DNA of 64,000 nucleotides from an uncultured Gemmatimonadales bacterium (GTDB lineage Bacteria > Gemmatimonadota > Gemmatimonadetes > Gemmatimonadales > GWC2-71-9), in contig CAVUAK010000001.1 of NCBI GenBank assembly GCA_963739455.1, positions 2,464,001 to 2,528,000 on the forward strand, given 5' to 3'. Position numbers and translations under genes: made by a program. Every line of letters starts with the position of its first letter. Position 1 is the first letter of the stretch. The notes below the pieces were generated by a model, which saw only the letters and a program-made list of their open reading frames with translations, had not been told where the DNA came from and ran no database searches. Positions 42,551 through 52,294 of the stretch are shown piece by piece.

Positions 42551-43156
42551 ATGGACAGTTCCCTTAACGCGCTGCCGGGTGCAGACATAACCCCACTCGC
42601 GCGCACGCGCCCCGCAGTCCGGTGTGCTAGGCCCCTCCTGGCCTTTGTCGGCACCAGCGGAAGCGGGAAGACCACGCTCATTGAAGCCCTGTTGCCGAAT
42701 CTCGTCGGTTCAGGACTTCGCGTTGCCGTCGTCAAGCATGCGCACTGCGGTTTCGACATCGACAAGCCCGGCAAGGACACGCACCGCGCCGCATCTGCCG
42801 GTGCCGCCCAGGTCGTCGTTGGGTCGCGCGAACAGTGGGCGGTCATGGGACGCATCGACCACGCGCGCACCGAGCCGTCGCTCGAGTGGCTCATCACGCG
42901 CCTCGATCTCGACAGCATCGACCTGGTGCTCGCAGAGGGATTCCACTTCGAGCGCTGTCTGAAGCTCGAGGTCTATCGCCCAGCGCATGGTCGCGCGCCG
43001 CTGTGCCTGAACGACCCCAACCTCGTCGCCATGGCGACCGATGCCACCGTCCCCGGCGGCAGTGTTCCGGTGCTCGACCTGAACGACACCGCTCGCATCG
43101 CCGACTTCGTTCGCACCCGTATCGTGGGCGCACCCAGCCTGGCCGCCGCCGTATGA
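42551..43156 (+). CDS. mobB: Molybdopterin-guanine dinucleotide biosynthesis protein B
   Basis: GTSGSGKTTL, VKHAH-FDIDKPGKDT, DLVLAEGF. The start is uncertain. Confidence 0.9.
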   Translation: MDSSLNALPGADITPLARTRPAVRCARPLLAFVGTSGSGKTTLIEALLPNLVGSGLRVAVVKHAHCGFDIDKPGKDTHRAASAGAAQVVVGSREQWAVMGRIDHARTEPSLEWLITRLDLDSIDLVLAEGFHFERCLKLEVYRPAHGRAPLCLNDPNLVAMATDATVPGGSVPVLDLNDTARIADFVRTRIVGAPSLAAAV

Positions 43157-43626
43157 CCGCCATCGACTGGGAACCCGCCGTCGCCATCGCCGTCGAGGAG
43201 AATCGCCATCGTCCTGGCGCGCTGCTCCCCATCCTGCACGCCGTCCAGCACCAGCTCGGTCACGTGCCGCCCGACTCCATTCCCGCCATTGCATCCGCGC
43301 TCAACCTGAGCCGCGCCGAGGTCCATGGCGTCGTGAGTTTCTATCACGACTTTCGGAGCGAGGCCCCCGGCCGGCACCTGGTGCACATCTGTCGCGCCGA
43401 GGCCTGCCAGTCGATGGGTGCCGATGGCCTCGCCGACTACGCCCGGCAGCGGCTCGGCGTCGACTTCCATGGCACCACTCTGAATGGAGCCGTCTCCCTC
43501 GAGCCGATCTACTGCCTCGGCAATTGCGCCCTGTCGCCGGCCATGATGGTCGACGGTGAGGTCTACGGTCGCGTCACGCCCAAGCGGTTCGCCGCCGTCA
43601 TGGACGACCTCGAGGCGAAGCCATGA
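43153..43626 (+). CDS. fdsG: NAD-dependent formate dehydrogenase gamma subunit
   Basis: GALLPILHAVQ, LSRAEVHGVVSFYHDF, CRAEACQ, CLGNC. Confidence 0.93.
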   Translation: MTAIDWEPAVAIAVEENRHRPGALLPILHAVQHQLGHVPPDSIPAIASALNLSRAEVHGVVSFYHDFRSEAPGRHLVHICRAEACQSMGADGLADYARQRLGVDFHGTTLNGAVSLEPIYCLGNCALSPAMMVDGEVYGRVTPKRFAAVMDDLEAKP

Positions 43627-45183
43627 TCCGCGTCTACGTGCCTCGCGACTCTGCCGCCCTCTCGGTGGGCGCCGAGCAGGTGGCTCGCGCCATCGCCACC
43701 GAGGCCGCCGTGCGCGGGCTCGATGTGCACCTCGTGCGCAATGGCTCTCGTGGCCTGCTCTGGCTCGAGCCGATGGTGGAGGTGGAGACGCCCGCGGGAC
43801 GTGTGGCCTACGGTCCCGTAGACGCCTCCGATGTCTCCGGCCTGTTCGATGCCGGCTTCCTCCAGGGTAAGCCGCACGAGCTCTCCCTTGGCCTCACTGA
43901 GCAGCACCCGTACTTCGCCAGGCAGGAGCGGCTCACCTTCGCGCGCGTCGGCATCACCGATCCCGTCTCGCTCGACGACTACGTCGCGTATGGCGGATAT
44001 CGCGGTCTCACGAACGCACTCGCTATGGCCCCGGCGGCGATCGTGGATGCGGTGACCACCTCCGGCCTTCGCGGTCGTGGTGGCGCTGCATTCCCCACTG
44101 GCATCAAGTGGAAGACGGTGCTCGGTACCACGTCCGACCAGAAGTACATCGTCTGCAACGCCGACGAGGGCGACTCCGGCACCTTCTCCGATCGCATGAT
44201 CATGGAAGGCGACCCGTACGTCCTGATCGAGGGGATGACCATCGCCGGCATCGCCGTCGGTGCCACCATGGGATACATCTACCTTCGCTCCGAGTATCCC
44301 CACTCCGCCCGCGCGCTCAACGAGGCCATTCGCACTGCCCGCGCCCGCGGCTACCTGGGACAGTCGATGCAGGGCAGCGGCAAGGCGTTCGAGCTCGAGG
44401 TGCGCATCGGGGCGGGGGCCTACATCTGCGGTGAGGAGACGTCACTGCTGGAGAGCCTCGAGGGAAAGCGCGGCATGGTGCGCTACAAGCCGCCGCTCCC
44501 CGCCATCGAGGGACTCTTCGGCAAGCCGACCGTCATCAACAACGTCATCTCGCTCGCCAGCGTGCCGATCATCCTGGACAAGGGCGCGGAGCACTATCGC
44601 GACTTACGGCATGGGACGCTCGCGCGGCACCCTGCCATTCCAGCTTGCAGGCAACATCAAGCACGGCGGACTCGTCGAGAAGGCCTTCGGCCTCACCCTG
44701 CGCGAGCTGCTCTACGATTTCGGCGGAGGCTCCGCCTCGGGCCGCCCCATTCGCGCCGTGCAGGTCGGCGGTCCGCTCGGCGCATACGTCCCCGAGTCGC
44801 AGTTCGACACGCCGCTCGACTACGAGGCCTTCATCGGCATCAGCGCCATGCTCGGCCACGGCGGCCTCGTGGTGTTTGACGACACCGTGGACATGGCGAA
44901 GATGGCCCGCTACGCCATGGAGTTCTGCGCCATCGAGTCCTGCGGCAAGTGCACTCCCTGCCGCATCGGTTCCGTTCGCGGCGTCGAGGTCATCGACAGG
45001 ATCATCGAGGCGAAGGCGCGGAACGAGAACGTCACGCTGCTCCGCGACCTCTGCGACACCATGCTCGACGGTTCGCTCTGCGCCCTGGGCGGCATGGCGC
45101 CGTTCCCGGTGCTGAGCGCGCTCAATCATTTTCCGGAAGACTTTGGCCTGCCCGCCGCGGAACTCGCGACGGCGGGATCCTAG
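43623..45183 (+). CDS. fdsB: NAD-dependent formate dehydrogenase beta subunit (frameshift near 44600)
   Basis: RNGSRGL-WLEP, GLRGRGGAAFPTGIKW, NADEGDSG, YICGEET, ESCGKCTPCRIG. Confidence 0.93.
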
Positions 45184-45202
45184 AGGCATCAGGAGACACA
45201 CC

Positions 45203-48064
45203 ATGTCGCTGCTGACCCAGGAACTCGACTACGGCACCCCCGAGGCGCTGAGCGCCACGATGGTGACGCTCTCCATCGACGGCGTGGACGTGACGGTGCC
45301 GGCGGGAACATCCGTCATGCGCGCCGCGGTCATGGCCGGTGTCAGGGTGCCCAAGCTCTGCGCCACCGACAACCTCGAGGCCTTCGGCTCCTGTCGCCTC
45401 TGTCTCGTGGAAATCGAGGGTCGCCGCGGCTATCCCGCGTCATGCACCACGCCGGTCGACGCGAACATGAAGGTGAAGACCCAGTCGCCCAAGCTGGCCG
45501 ACCTGCGCCGCGGCGTCATGGAGCTCTACATCTCCGATCACCCGCTCGACTGCCTCACCTGTTCCGCCAATGGTGACTGCGAGCTGCAGGACATGGCCGG
45601 CGCCGTCGGCCTGCGCGAGGTGCGCTACGGCTACGAGGGCGAGAACCACCTGAAGGCGGTGAAGGACCAGTCCAACCCCTACTTCACCTTCGACCCCAGC
45701 AAGTGCATCGTCTGCTCCCGCTGTGTCCGGGCCTGCGAGGAGGTGCAGGGCACCTTCGCGCTCACCATCGACGGTCGCGGGTTCGACTCCAAGGTCTCCC
45801 CCGGGCAAATGGAGTCCTTCATGGACTCCGAGTGCGTCTCCTGCGGCGCCTGCGTGCAGGCCTGTCCCACGGCGACCCTCATGGATAAGTCGGTCATCGC
45901 CGCCGGCACCCCCGATCGCAGCGTCACCACCACCTGCGCCTACTGCGGCGTCGGCTGCTCCTTCAACGCCGAGCTCAAGGGCGCGCAGGTGGTGCGCATG
46001 ACGCCCAACAAGGATGGCCACGCCAATCACGGTCACTCCTGCGTGAAGGGCCGCTTCGCCTGGGGCTATGCGACGCACCCCGATCGCATCCAGAAGCCGA
46101 TGATCCGGAAGAGCTTCAACGATCCGTGGCAGGAAGTGAGCTGGGACGAGGCAATCAACTACGCTGCTTCCGAGTTCCGTCGCATCCAGGCGAAGTACGG
46201 CCGCGATTCCGTGGGTGGCATCTCCTCCTCGCGCTGCACCAATGAGGAGACCTACCTCGTGCAGAAGCTGGTGCGCGCGGCGTTCGGCAACAACAACATC
46301 GACACCTGCGCCCGCGTCTGTCACTCGCCCACCGGCTTCGGGCTCAAGGCGACGCTCGGCGAGTCCGCCGGCACGCAGGACTTCGACTCGATCCGCCACA
46401 CCGATGTCGTCCTCATCATCGGCGCCAACCCGACCGACGGGCACCCCGTCTTCGCGTCGCACATGAAGCGTCGGCTGCGCGAGGGGGCGAAGCTCATCAT
46501 CGCCGACCCGCGTCGCATCGACCTCGTCCGGTCACCGCACGTCGAGGCCGACTACCACCTCAAGCTCCGCCCCGGCACCAACGTGGCGCTCATCACCGCG
46601 CTGGCGCATGTCGTTGTCACCGAAGGCCTGGTGGATGAGAAGTTCGTCCGCGAGCGCTGCGAGTGGGAGAGCTTTGTCGAGTGGAAGGAGTTCGTCGCTC
46701 GGCCGGAGCACTCACCCGAGGCCACCGCCGAGATCACCGGCGTCCCCGCCGAGGAAATGCGCGCGGCCGCTCGGCTCTACGCCACTGGCGGCAACGGGGC
46801 CATCTACTACGGCCTGGGCGTCACCGAGCACAGCCAGGGCTCGACCATGGTCATGGGTATCGCCAACCTCGCCATGGCCACCGGCAACATGGGGCGCGAG
46901 GGCGTCGGCGTGAACCCGCTCCGCGGCCAGAACAACGTGCAGGGCGCCTGCGACATGGGCTCATTCCCGCACGAGCTTCCGGGCTATCGCCACGTGCTCG
47001 ACGACGATACGCGGGCACTCTTCGAGGCCGACTGGGGCGTCCCGCTCGAGCGTGAGCCCGGCCTCCGCATTCCCAACATGTTCGACGCCGCGCTCGCGGG
47101 CAGCTTCAAGGCGCTCTACTGCGAGGGCGAGGACATCGCCCAGTCCGATCCTGACACCCAGCATGTCACCGCGGCACTCCAGTCGATGGAGTGCATCGTG
47201 GTGCAGGACATCTTCCTCAACGAGACGGCGAAGTTCGCCCACGTCTTCCTGCCGGGGTCATCCTTCCTGGAGAAGAACGGCACCTTCACCAACGCCGAGC
47301 GCCGTATCTCGCCGGTGCGGAAGGTCATGCCGCCGCTCGCCGGCAAGGAAGACTGGGAGATCACCTGCATGCTCTCGAACGCGCTGGGTTATCCGATGAC
47401 GTACAAGCACCCGTCCGAGATCATGGACGAGATCGCGCGCCTCACGCCGACCTTCACCGGCGTCAGCTACGAGAAGATCGATCGCCTGGGCAGCATCCAG
47501 TGGCCCTGCAACGACGAGGCGCCCGAGGGCACTCCCGTCATGCACGAGGTCGAGTTCACTCGTGGCAAGGGCAAGTTCTTCCCCACCGAGTACGTCCCGA
47601 CCGACGAGAAGGTGAACGGGAAGTATCCCCTCATCCTCACCACCGGTCGCATCCTGTCGCAGTACAACGTCGGCGCCCAGACTCGGCGCACCGACAACGT
47701 CGACTGGCACGAGGAAGACCGCCTCGAAATCCATCCGCACGACGCCGAGGAGCGTGGTGTCATCGATGGCGAGTGGGTGGGAATTGTCAGCCGGGCAGGG
47801 GAGACCACGCTGCGCGCGAAGATCACCGAGCGGGTGCAGCCGGGCGTGGTCTACACCACGTTCCATCACCCCGAGTCGGGCGCGAACGTCATCACCACGG
47901 ACAACTCCGACTGGGCCACCAACTGCCCTGAGTACAAGGTCACCGCGGTGCAGGTCATGCCGGTGTTCCACTCGTCCAAGTGGCAGCAGCGCTTCAAGCA
48001 GTTCTCCGAGCTGCAGCAGGAGCTGCTCGACGGCCGCGAGCCCAGTGCCGCACCGGCCCGATGA
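45203..48064 (+). CDS. fdsA: NAD-dependent formate dehydrogenase alpha subunit, Cys-type
   Basis: Fe-S motifs, CAYCGVGC, active site DTCARVCH, LRGQNNVQG, CPEYKVTAV. Confidence 0.95.
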   Translation: MSLLTQELDYGTPEALSATMVTLSIDGVDVTVPAGTSVMRAAVMAGVRVPKLCATDNLEAFGSCRLCLVEIEGRRGYPASCTTPVDANMKVKTQSPKLADLRRGVMELYISDHPLDCLTCSANGDCELQDMAGAVGLREVRYGYEGENHLKAVKDQSNPYFTFDPSKCIVCSRCVRACEEVQGTFALTIDGRGFDSKVSPGQMESFMDSECVSCGACVQACPTATLMDKSVIAAGTPDRSVTTTCAYCGVGCSFNAELKGAQVVRMTPNKDGHANHGHSCVKGRFAWGYATHPDRIQKPMIRKSFNDPWQEVSWDEAINYAASEFRRIQAKYGRDSVGGISSSRCTNEETYLVQKLVRAAFGNNNIDTCARVCHSPTGFGLKATLGESAGTQDFDSIRHTDVVLIIGANPTDGHPVFASHMKRRLREGAKLIIADPRRIDLVRSPHVEADYHLKLRPGTNVALITALAHVVVTEGLVDEKFVRERCEWESFVEWKEFVARPEHSPEATAEITGVPAEEMRAAARLYATGGNGAIYYGLGVTEHSQGSTMVMGIANLAMATGNMGREGVGVNPLRGQNNVQGACDMGSFPHELPGYRHVLDDDTRALFEADWGVPLEREPGLRIPNMFDAALAGSFKALYCEGEDIAQSDPDTQHVTAALQSMECIVVQDIFLNETAKFAHVFLPGSSFLEKNGTFTNAERRISPVRKVMPPLAGKEDWEITCMLSNALGYPMTYKHPSEIMDEIARLTPTFTGVSYEKIDRLGSIQWPCNDEAPEGTPVMHEVEFTRGKGKFFPTEYVPTDEKVNGKYPLILTTGRILSQYNVGAQTRRTDNVDWHEEDRLEIHPHDAEERGVIDGEWVGIVSRAGETTLRAKITERVQPGVVYTTFHHPESGANVITTDNSDWATNCPEYKVTAVQVMPVFHSSKWQQRFKQFSELQQELLDGREPSAAPAR

Positions 48065-48330
48065 GCCACGATCCCGACCAGAACCTGGTGCACATGGCCA
48101 ACCAGATTGGCCAGTTCTACGAGGCCCTCCCCAACCGGGCCGAGGGCCTTTCCGGGATCGCCGGGCACATCCGGCGCTCCTGGGACCCGCGGATGCGGGC
48201 ATCGCTCCTCAAGTACATCGACGAGCGCGGTGGGGAGGGGCTACGCCCCGTTGTGCGGGAAGCGATCGAGTTGGAACGGAAGGAACTGACGCCTGATCCA
48301 ATCCAGGCGACCTACGTGAAGCAGGGATAG
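48061..48330 (+). CDS. fdsD: Formate dehydrogenase delta subunit
   Basis: LVHMANQIGQF, HIRRSWDPRMR. Confidence 0.9.
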   Translation: MSHDPDQNLVHMANQIGQFYEALPNRAEGLSGIAGHIRRSWDPRMRASLLKYIDERGGEGLRPVVREAIELERKELTPDPIQATYVKQG

Positions 48331-48589
48331 ACTCCGCAGGCAGTATCACGACGGCACCACCACTCTTAAGCACCTTCCTCCTGCCAAAAAGGAGGCCTCC
48401 TCGGCCTCCACAGGCATGCTGTAGCCTCGACCTCCCATAGTGCTCGCGCTCTGGGCTTCGCCAGGTGAGCAGTTATATGTCGTTGTCTGGTGGGGAGGTA
48501 GCCGGCTCAGAAAGAGGGTGTTCATGAATATGTTTGTCAGGTGAGACTTGAGGAATCCAGGAATGTGTGAACCAACTGCCAGCCCTTTC

Positions 48590-48930
48590 TTACTCTACGA
48601 GTAGTCCGCATCCCAACCTCGGATCTCTATACCCGGTGACGTTACCCCCGACCTCTGGCAGTGCATCAAAGGTGTAGGACGTAATCCGGGGGTTGATCAA
48701 AACGAACGCCTGCGTCGGTGCGTAGGGAGGCACTACGGCAATAATCTGGCGGTCCGCCGTATCGACGGGCTGCCCGGCCGCCGAATCAAGATCTATGTCC
48801 CAAGGCACTTGAGTTCCCCTTAGCCGAGGTTGTCGTTGCTCTGGCCGTAGAGTGTACCCCTGGCTAGAGAGATCCTGCACCAGGCGATTGCTGACTGCGG
48901 CCGCCCCTCCCTGCTGGCGTCTCCGTTTAG
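48590..48930 (-). pseudogene. Possible gene remnant in an A/T-richer segment
   Basis: Open frame of about 110 codons with no convincing start, next to an attC-like half-site. Confidence 0.25.
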
Positions 48931-49005
48931 CGTTGTGTGACGCGCTGTACGTGTGACGCAGCGGGGGCGGAAGCCGCCAGCCACAGAAGCTTGCTCGGCG
49001 AGAGC

Positions 49006-49034
49006 TTGTGTCTATGTCAGGACTGACATACATT
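49006..49034 (+). promoter_or_regulatory. TA promoter with operator palindrome
   Basis: TTGTGT-N17-TACATT enclosing TATGTCA-GGAC-TGACATA. Confidence 0.65.
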
Positions 49035-49205
49035 GCCGAGCTGCGGATTGTAGACGAAACCGCCACGTGGCGCATCATGTATCGGATCGACGCGGACGCC
49101 ATTGTGATCGCTGGGGTTTTCAGCAAGAAGACGCCCCAGACGCCTAGGCACGTGATTGAGGACTGCCAGCGCCGGCTCCGGCGCTACGACCAGGAGGCGA
49201 CATGA
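49035..49205 (+). pseudogene. 5'-truncated RelE/HigB-like (Gp49-type) toxin
   Basis: ELRIVDETATWRIMYRIDADAIVIAGVFSKKTPQTP is the C-terminal half only; it overlaps the antitoxin start. Confidence 0.75.
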
Positions 49206-49537
49206 ACAAGACCAAGCGAGCGAAGCTCGAGGCCCGGGGATGGGCGATCGGTGACGCCAAGGACTTCCTGCGGCTCTCTCCTGAAGAGGCCGCTTTTGTG
49301 GAATTCAAGCTCTCGCTGAGCGAGGCGCTTCGCACCCGACGGGAAGGGCTCCACCTCTCCCAGGTGGCCCTCGCCAAGCGACTGGGCTCCAGCCAGTCGC
49401 GCGTTGCGAAGATGGAAGCGGCCGACCCGACCGTATCCGTGGATCTGCTTCTGCGGTCGCTCTTCGCGCTCGGTGCTACTCCCCGGGAAATTGCCGCCAG
49501 GCTTCACCGGCCTCGGAAGCGACGGATTGCCGCCTGA
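49202..49537 (+). CDS. XRE-family HTH antitoxin (HigA-like)
   Basis: LSQVALAKRLGSSQSRVAKMEAADPTVSVDLL; GGAGG RBS. Confidence 0.88.
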   Translation: MNKTKRAKLEARGWAIGDAKDFLRLSPEEAAFVEFKLSLSEALRTRREGLHLSQVALAKRLGSSQSRVAKMEAADPTVSVDLLLRSLFALGATPREIAARLHRPRKRRIAA

Positions 49538-49569
49538 CTGGAGCCACGCTCCGGCGGAGATCGCCCATC

Positions 49570-49884
49570 TCAGCTCCCCATCGTGAGGGTATCGGGCGCC
49601 AGCCATCGCCTGAACTTCCGCAGTACCCACACCAGGACCACGAACGCCGGGGCGATGAAAAGCAGGCGCACCAGTAGCGCGAACAGGGCGCCTGCCGCGA
49701 ATACGATCAGGACCCCGAACGATCGCAGTATCGCTGCATTGAAGAGTGCCCACGCGGTTGCGGTACCAAACACGGTGATGAGCCCGAGGAACACGCCCGC
49801 GAGCAGCACATCGTCGTCACGATAGAAGGTCACCACGGCGACCAGGGCTGACAGGGCACAGAGACCCAGCGCCGCGGCCACCAC
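49570..49884 (-). CDS. Membrane protein, probably 5'-truncated
   Basis: Three hydrophobic helices; the frame stays open to about 49986 without a start codon. Confidence 0.5.
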   Translation of the reverse strand: MVAAALGLCALSALVAVVTFYRDDDVLLAGVFLGLITVFGTATAWALFNAAILRSFGVLIVFAAGALFALLVRLLFIAPAFVVLVWVLRKFRRWLAPDTLTMGS

Positions 49885-50025
49885 TTTGAGCCACTCGAGG
49901 CCCGGCTGTACCGTGGCGAGTTCGCCAAGGAAGGTGGCGGGCAGGATACCGATCGGGTAGAACAGCGCGAGCTTGGCCTCAGAAAGCTATTCAGGGCCGA
50001 CTATGTGTGATGGATATGCCTCTGC

Positions 50026-50385
50026 TTAGCCCTCGATCGGTTCCCCGAACGTGATCCAGAACCGGTTCAGGTCCCGGATGATCAGCTCCCGCATTCCGTA
50101 GTGCGTATCATGCGGTAGCTCTACGACATCCACCCGGTCCTTGAGCCGCTCGTGCAAGGCGTCCACGCCTTCGATTCGCACGTACAGGTCCATTTCCCGG
50201 CGCCACTCGCGGCTCACTGTCCCGGGACTGGAGAACATCACCTCGCCCGCCCCAAGGCGCACCAGCGCCCAGTCCATCACGTCATCGTGCGTGTGTGTCC
50301 GCACCACCATAAACCCGATGCCATGGTACCATGTCACGGTGGCCGCGACATCGGGCACATGCACCATCGGAACCACATTCGTCAT
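50026..50385 (-). CDS. VOC/glyoxalase family protein
   Basis: VPMVHVPDV, LYVRIEGVDAL, YGMREL-IRDLN. Confidence 0.85.
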   Translation of the reverse strand: MTNVVPMVHVPDVAATVTWYHGIGFMVVRTHTHDDVMDWALVRLGAGEVMFSSPGTVSREWRREMDLYVRIEGVDALHERLKDRVDVVELPHDTHYGMRELIIRDLNRFWITFGEPIEG

Positions 50386-50762
50386 CGCGCTGCGATCGCC
50401 TCGATGGAGAACAACAGCCCGCGCGGCAACTGGACAATCGGCGTCGAGCGTACCGGCGCATCGGCAGGGAAGTACTCCCCGTACAGCTTGTTCAACTGGT
50501 CGAACGCCTCCGGGTCAGCCAGGAAGCACGTCGTCTTCACCACCCGGTCCAGCCCGCTCCCCGCATCATCCAGGATCAGTCGCAGGTTCTCGAACGCTCG
50601 GCGCGCCTGCACCTCGAAGCCGCCCGCCACCGGCGCGCCCGTCGCAGGATCGATTCCGCCCTGTCCCGCCACGAAGATGAGATCGCCGAGCCGCACAGCC
50701 TGCGAGTATGGCCCCCGCCGCGGGACGTGGGGCGTTGCAACAACCTGATGCCGATCGCTCAT
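50382..50762 (-). CDS. RidA/YjgF family protein (second paralog)
   Basis: GPYSQAV, VVKTTCFL, PVRST, SIEAIA. Confidence 0.88.
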   Translation of the reverse strand: MSDRHQVVATPHVPRRGPYSQAVRLGDLIFVAGQGGIDPATGAPVAGGFEVQARRAFENLRLILDDAGSGLDRVVKTTCFLADPEAFDQLNKLYGEYFPADAPVRSTPIVQLPRGLLFSIEAIAAR

Positions 50763-50770
50763 CGTTCCTC

Positions 50771-51157
50771 TCAAAGCGTATAGTCGAACACGTAGGAGTG
50801 CTTCTTCCCCTCGATGATAATCTGCATCGTTCCCGCCAGCCCCGTCAGTTCCTCCGTCCCCGAGTCCGGCACCACCGTCACGATGATCGTCGACGTGCCA
50901 CCCTTCATGCTCCCGCTGTGCTGCAGGATGAAGCTCCCCTTCTTGCCGTTCAGCGTCCCCGTCACCCGCTCGAGCGCCACGTAACCCGCCGATCCCTCCA
51001 CCGCCGTGAACGCCCCCACCATCTGCCCCTTGCTCGTTCCCGCCAGCGCGCCGCTGAACTCCTTGTCGAGTGACAGCCGCCCGAACCCGCCCGTGTCCAC
51101 GCTGTCATCGGCCGGCAGCGGTACCACCTTCACCGTAAACGTTCCTGTGGCCTGCAT
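50771..51157 (-). CDS. DUF3224 family protein
   Basis: GSAGYVALERVTGTLNGKKGSFILQH, VVPDSGTEELTGLAG. Confidence 0.85.
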   Translation of the reverse strand: MQATGTFTVKVVPLPADDSVDTGGFGRLSLDKEFSGALAGTSKGQMVGAFTAVEGSAGYVALERVTGTLNGKKGSFILQHSGSMKGGTSTIIVTVVPDSGTEELTGLAGTMQIIIEGKKHSYVFDYTL

Positions 51158-51187
51158 CTTTGCAGCCTCCTGTTGGGACAACCAACC

Positions 51188-51207
51188 ATAGCCTGTTGTC
51201 AGGCTAT
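51188..51207. promoter_or_regulatory. Palindrome in a divergent intergenic region
   Basis: ATAGCCTG-TTGT-CAGGCTAT. Confidence 0.4.
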
Positions 51208-51218
51208 TCCCCCGGTCT

Positions 51219-51246
51219 TCCTCACGTCCTCACGTCTTCACGTCCT
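51219..51246. repeat. Heptamer array (TCACGTC)n
   Basis: tcctcacgtcctcacgtcttcacgtcct. Confidence 0.75.
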
Positions 51247-51306
51247 CCGTGACGGTTTACACCCCCTTCCTGCGCACTGTAGGGAAATCCCTCGTTCGGA
51301 GGCCCC

Positions 51307-52294
51307 ATGCAGAAGCGCTGGACTACCGCCCTCCTGGCGGTCGCACTCGGTTTGACCCTCGCCTGTGGTAGCGACAGCAACGACGACGGCGATGGTGGTG
51401 GCGGTGGAGGTGGCGGTGGCGGCGGGGGTGGGGGTGGGGGCGGTGGCGGCGGCTCCGGCTTCACCGCCGTCGTCGACGGCGCCGCCTGGGCGGCCACCAC
51501 GACCTCTCAGAAGGCGACGCTCGGGTCGTTCGGCCACATCACGATCCAGGGCAACAACGGCAATGCGGGCATCCAGCTTGACCTGTACAACATCGACCAG
51601 CCCGGCACCTATGCGCTCGGGGTTGGTGCAGGCGCCGTCGGTGGCCTGGGCACCTACTCGACCGCGACGCCGGCGCAGGGCTGGTCCACCCCCGCCTCCG
51701 GGGCTGCCGGCACCGTGACCATCACCACGCTCACGACCAGCCTGATCGTCGGCACCTTCTCCTTCAACGCCACGCCGCTCATCGGCGGGGTCACCGGAAC
51801 CAAGGTCGTCACCACCGGCGTCTTCAACCTGCTGCTCGGCACCACCAGCCAGACCACCTGGCCGCTCCCCGATCAATACGGCAGCACCACCGTCGGAACC
51901 ATTGGCGGCGTAGCCTGGAACGCAGCCGGTGGCGCGATCCAGTTCGGGAGCGTCGGGAGCAGCGGCACCTCCATGGCCCTGGCGGTCAACAACACCAGCT
52001 ACACCCTCGGCGTCATCGACGACCGCCTTTGTTGGTGAGGGCACGTATGGTGTCGCTGATCCGACGGCTGGAGATGCCACCGTCACGTTGATCGGCCCCA
52101 CGACCTCCGGGTGCACCGGGAATACCTGCTGGAACTCGCTGCTCACCGGGGTCGGGACCTTCACGGTCACGAGCAAGACGGCGACACGCATGAAGGGGAA
52201 CCTCACCGTCACCATGCAGCCGACCGCTGGTAGCACGGCGACCGCTCCAATCGACGTCAACGTCAACTTCGATATCGGAATACCCATTCCCTGA
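51307..52294 (+). CDS. Lipoprotein with a 20-Gly linker and two related beta domains (frameshift near 52020)
   Basis: Lipobox TLAC; poly-Gly; repeated A-x-(V/I)-x-G-x-AW and GT-T-T motifs. Confidence 0.7.

Noticed and set aside
3087..47931. Long antisense or alternate-frame ORFs (e.g. 3087-4679, 13631-14998, 25909-27621, 26843-28531)
   Set aside because: These are shadows of real genes in GC-rich, codon-biased DNA and show no recognisable motifs.
45203..48064. Selenocysteine-containing FDH
   Set aside because: The active-site residue is Cys and there is no in-frame TGA.
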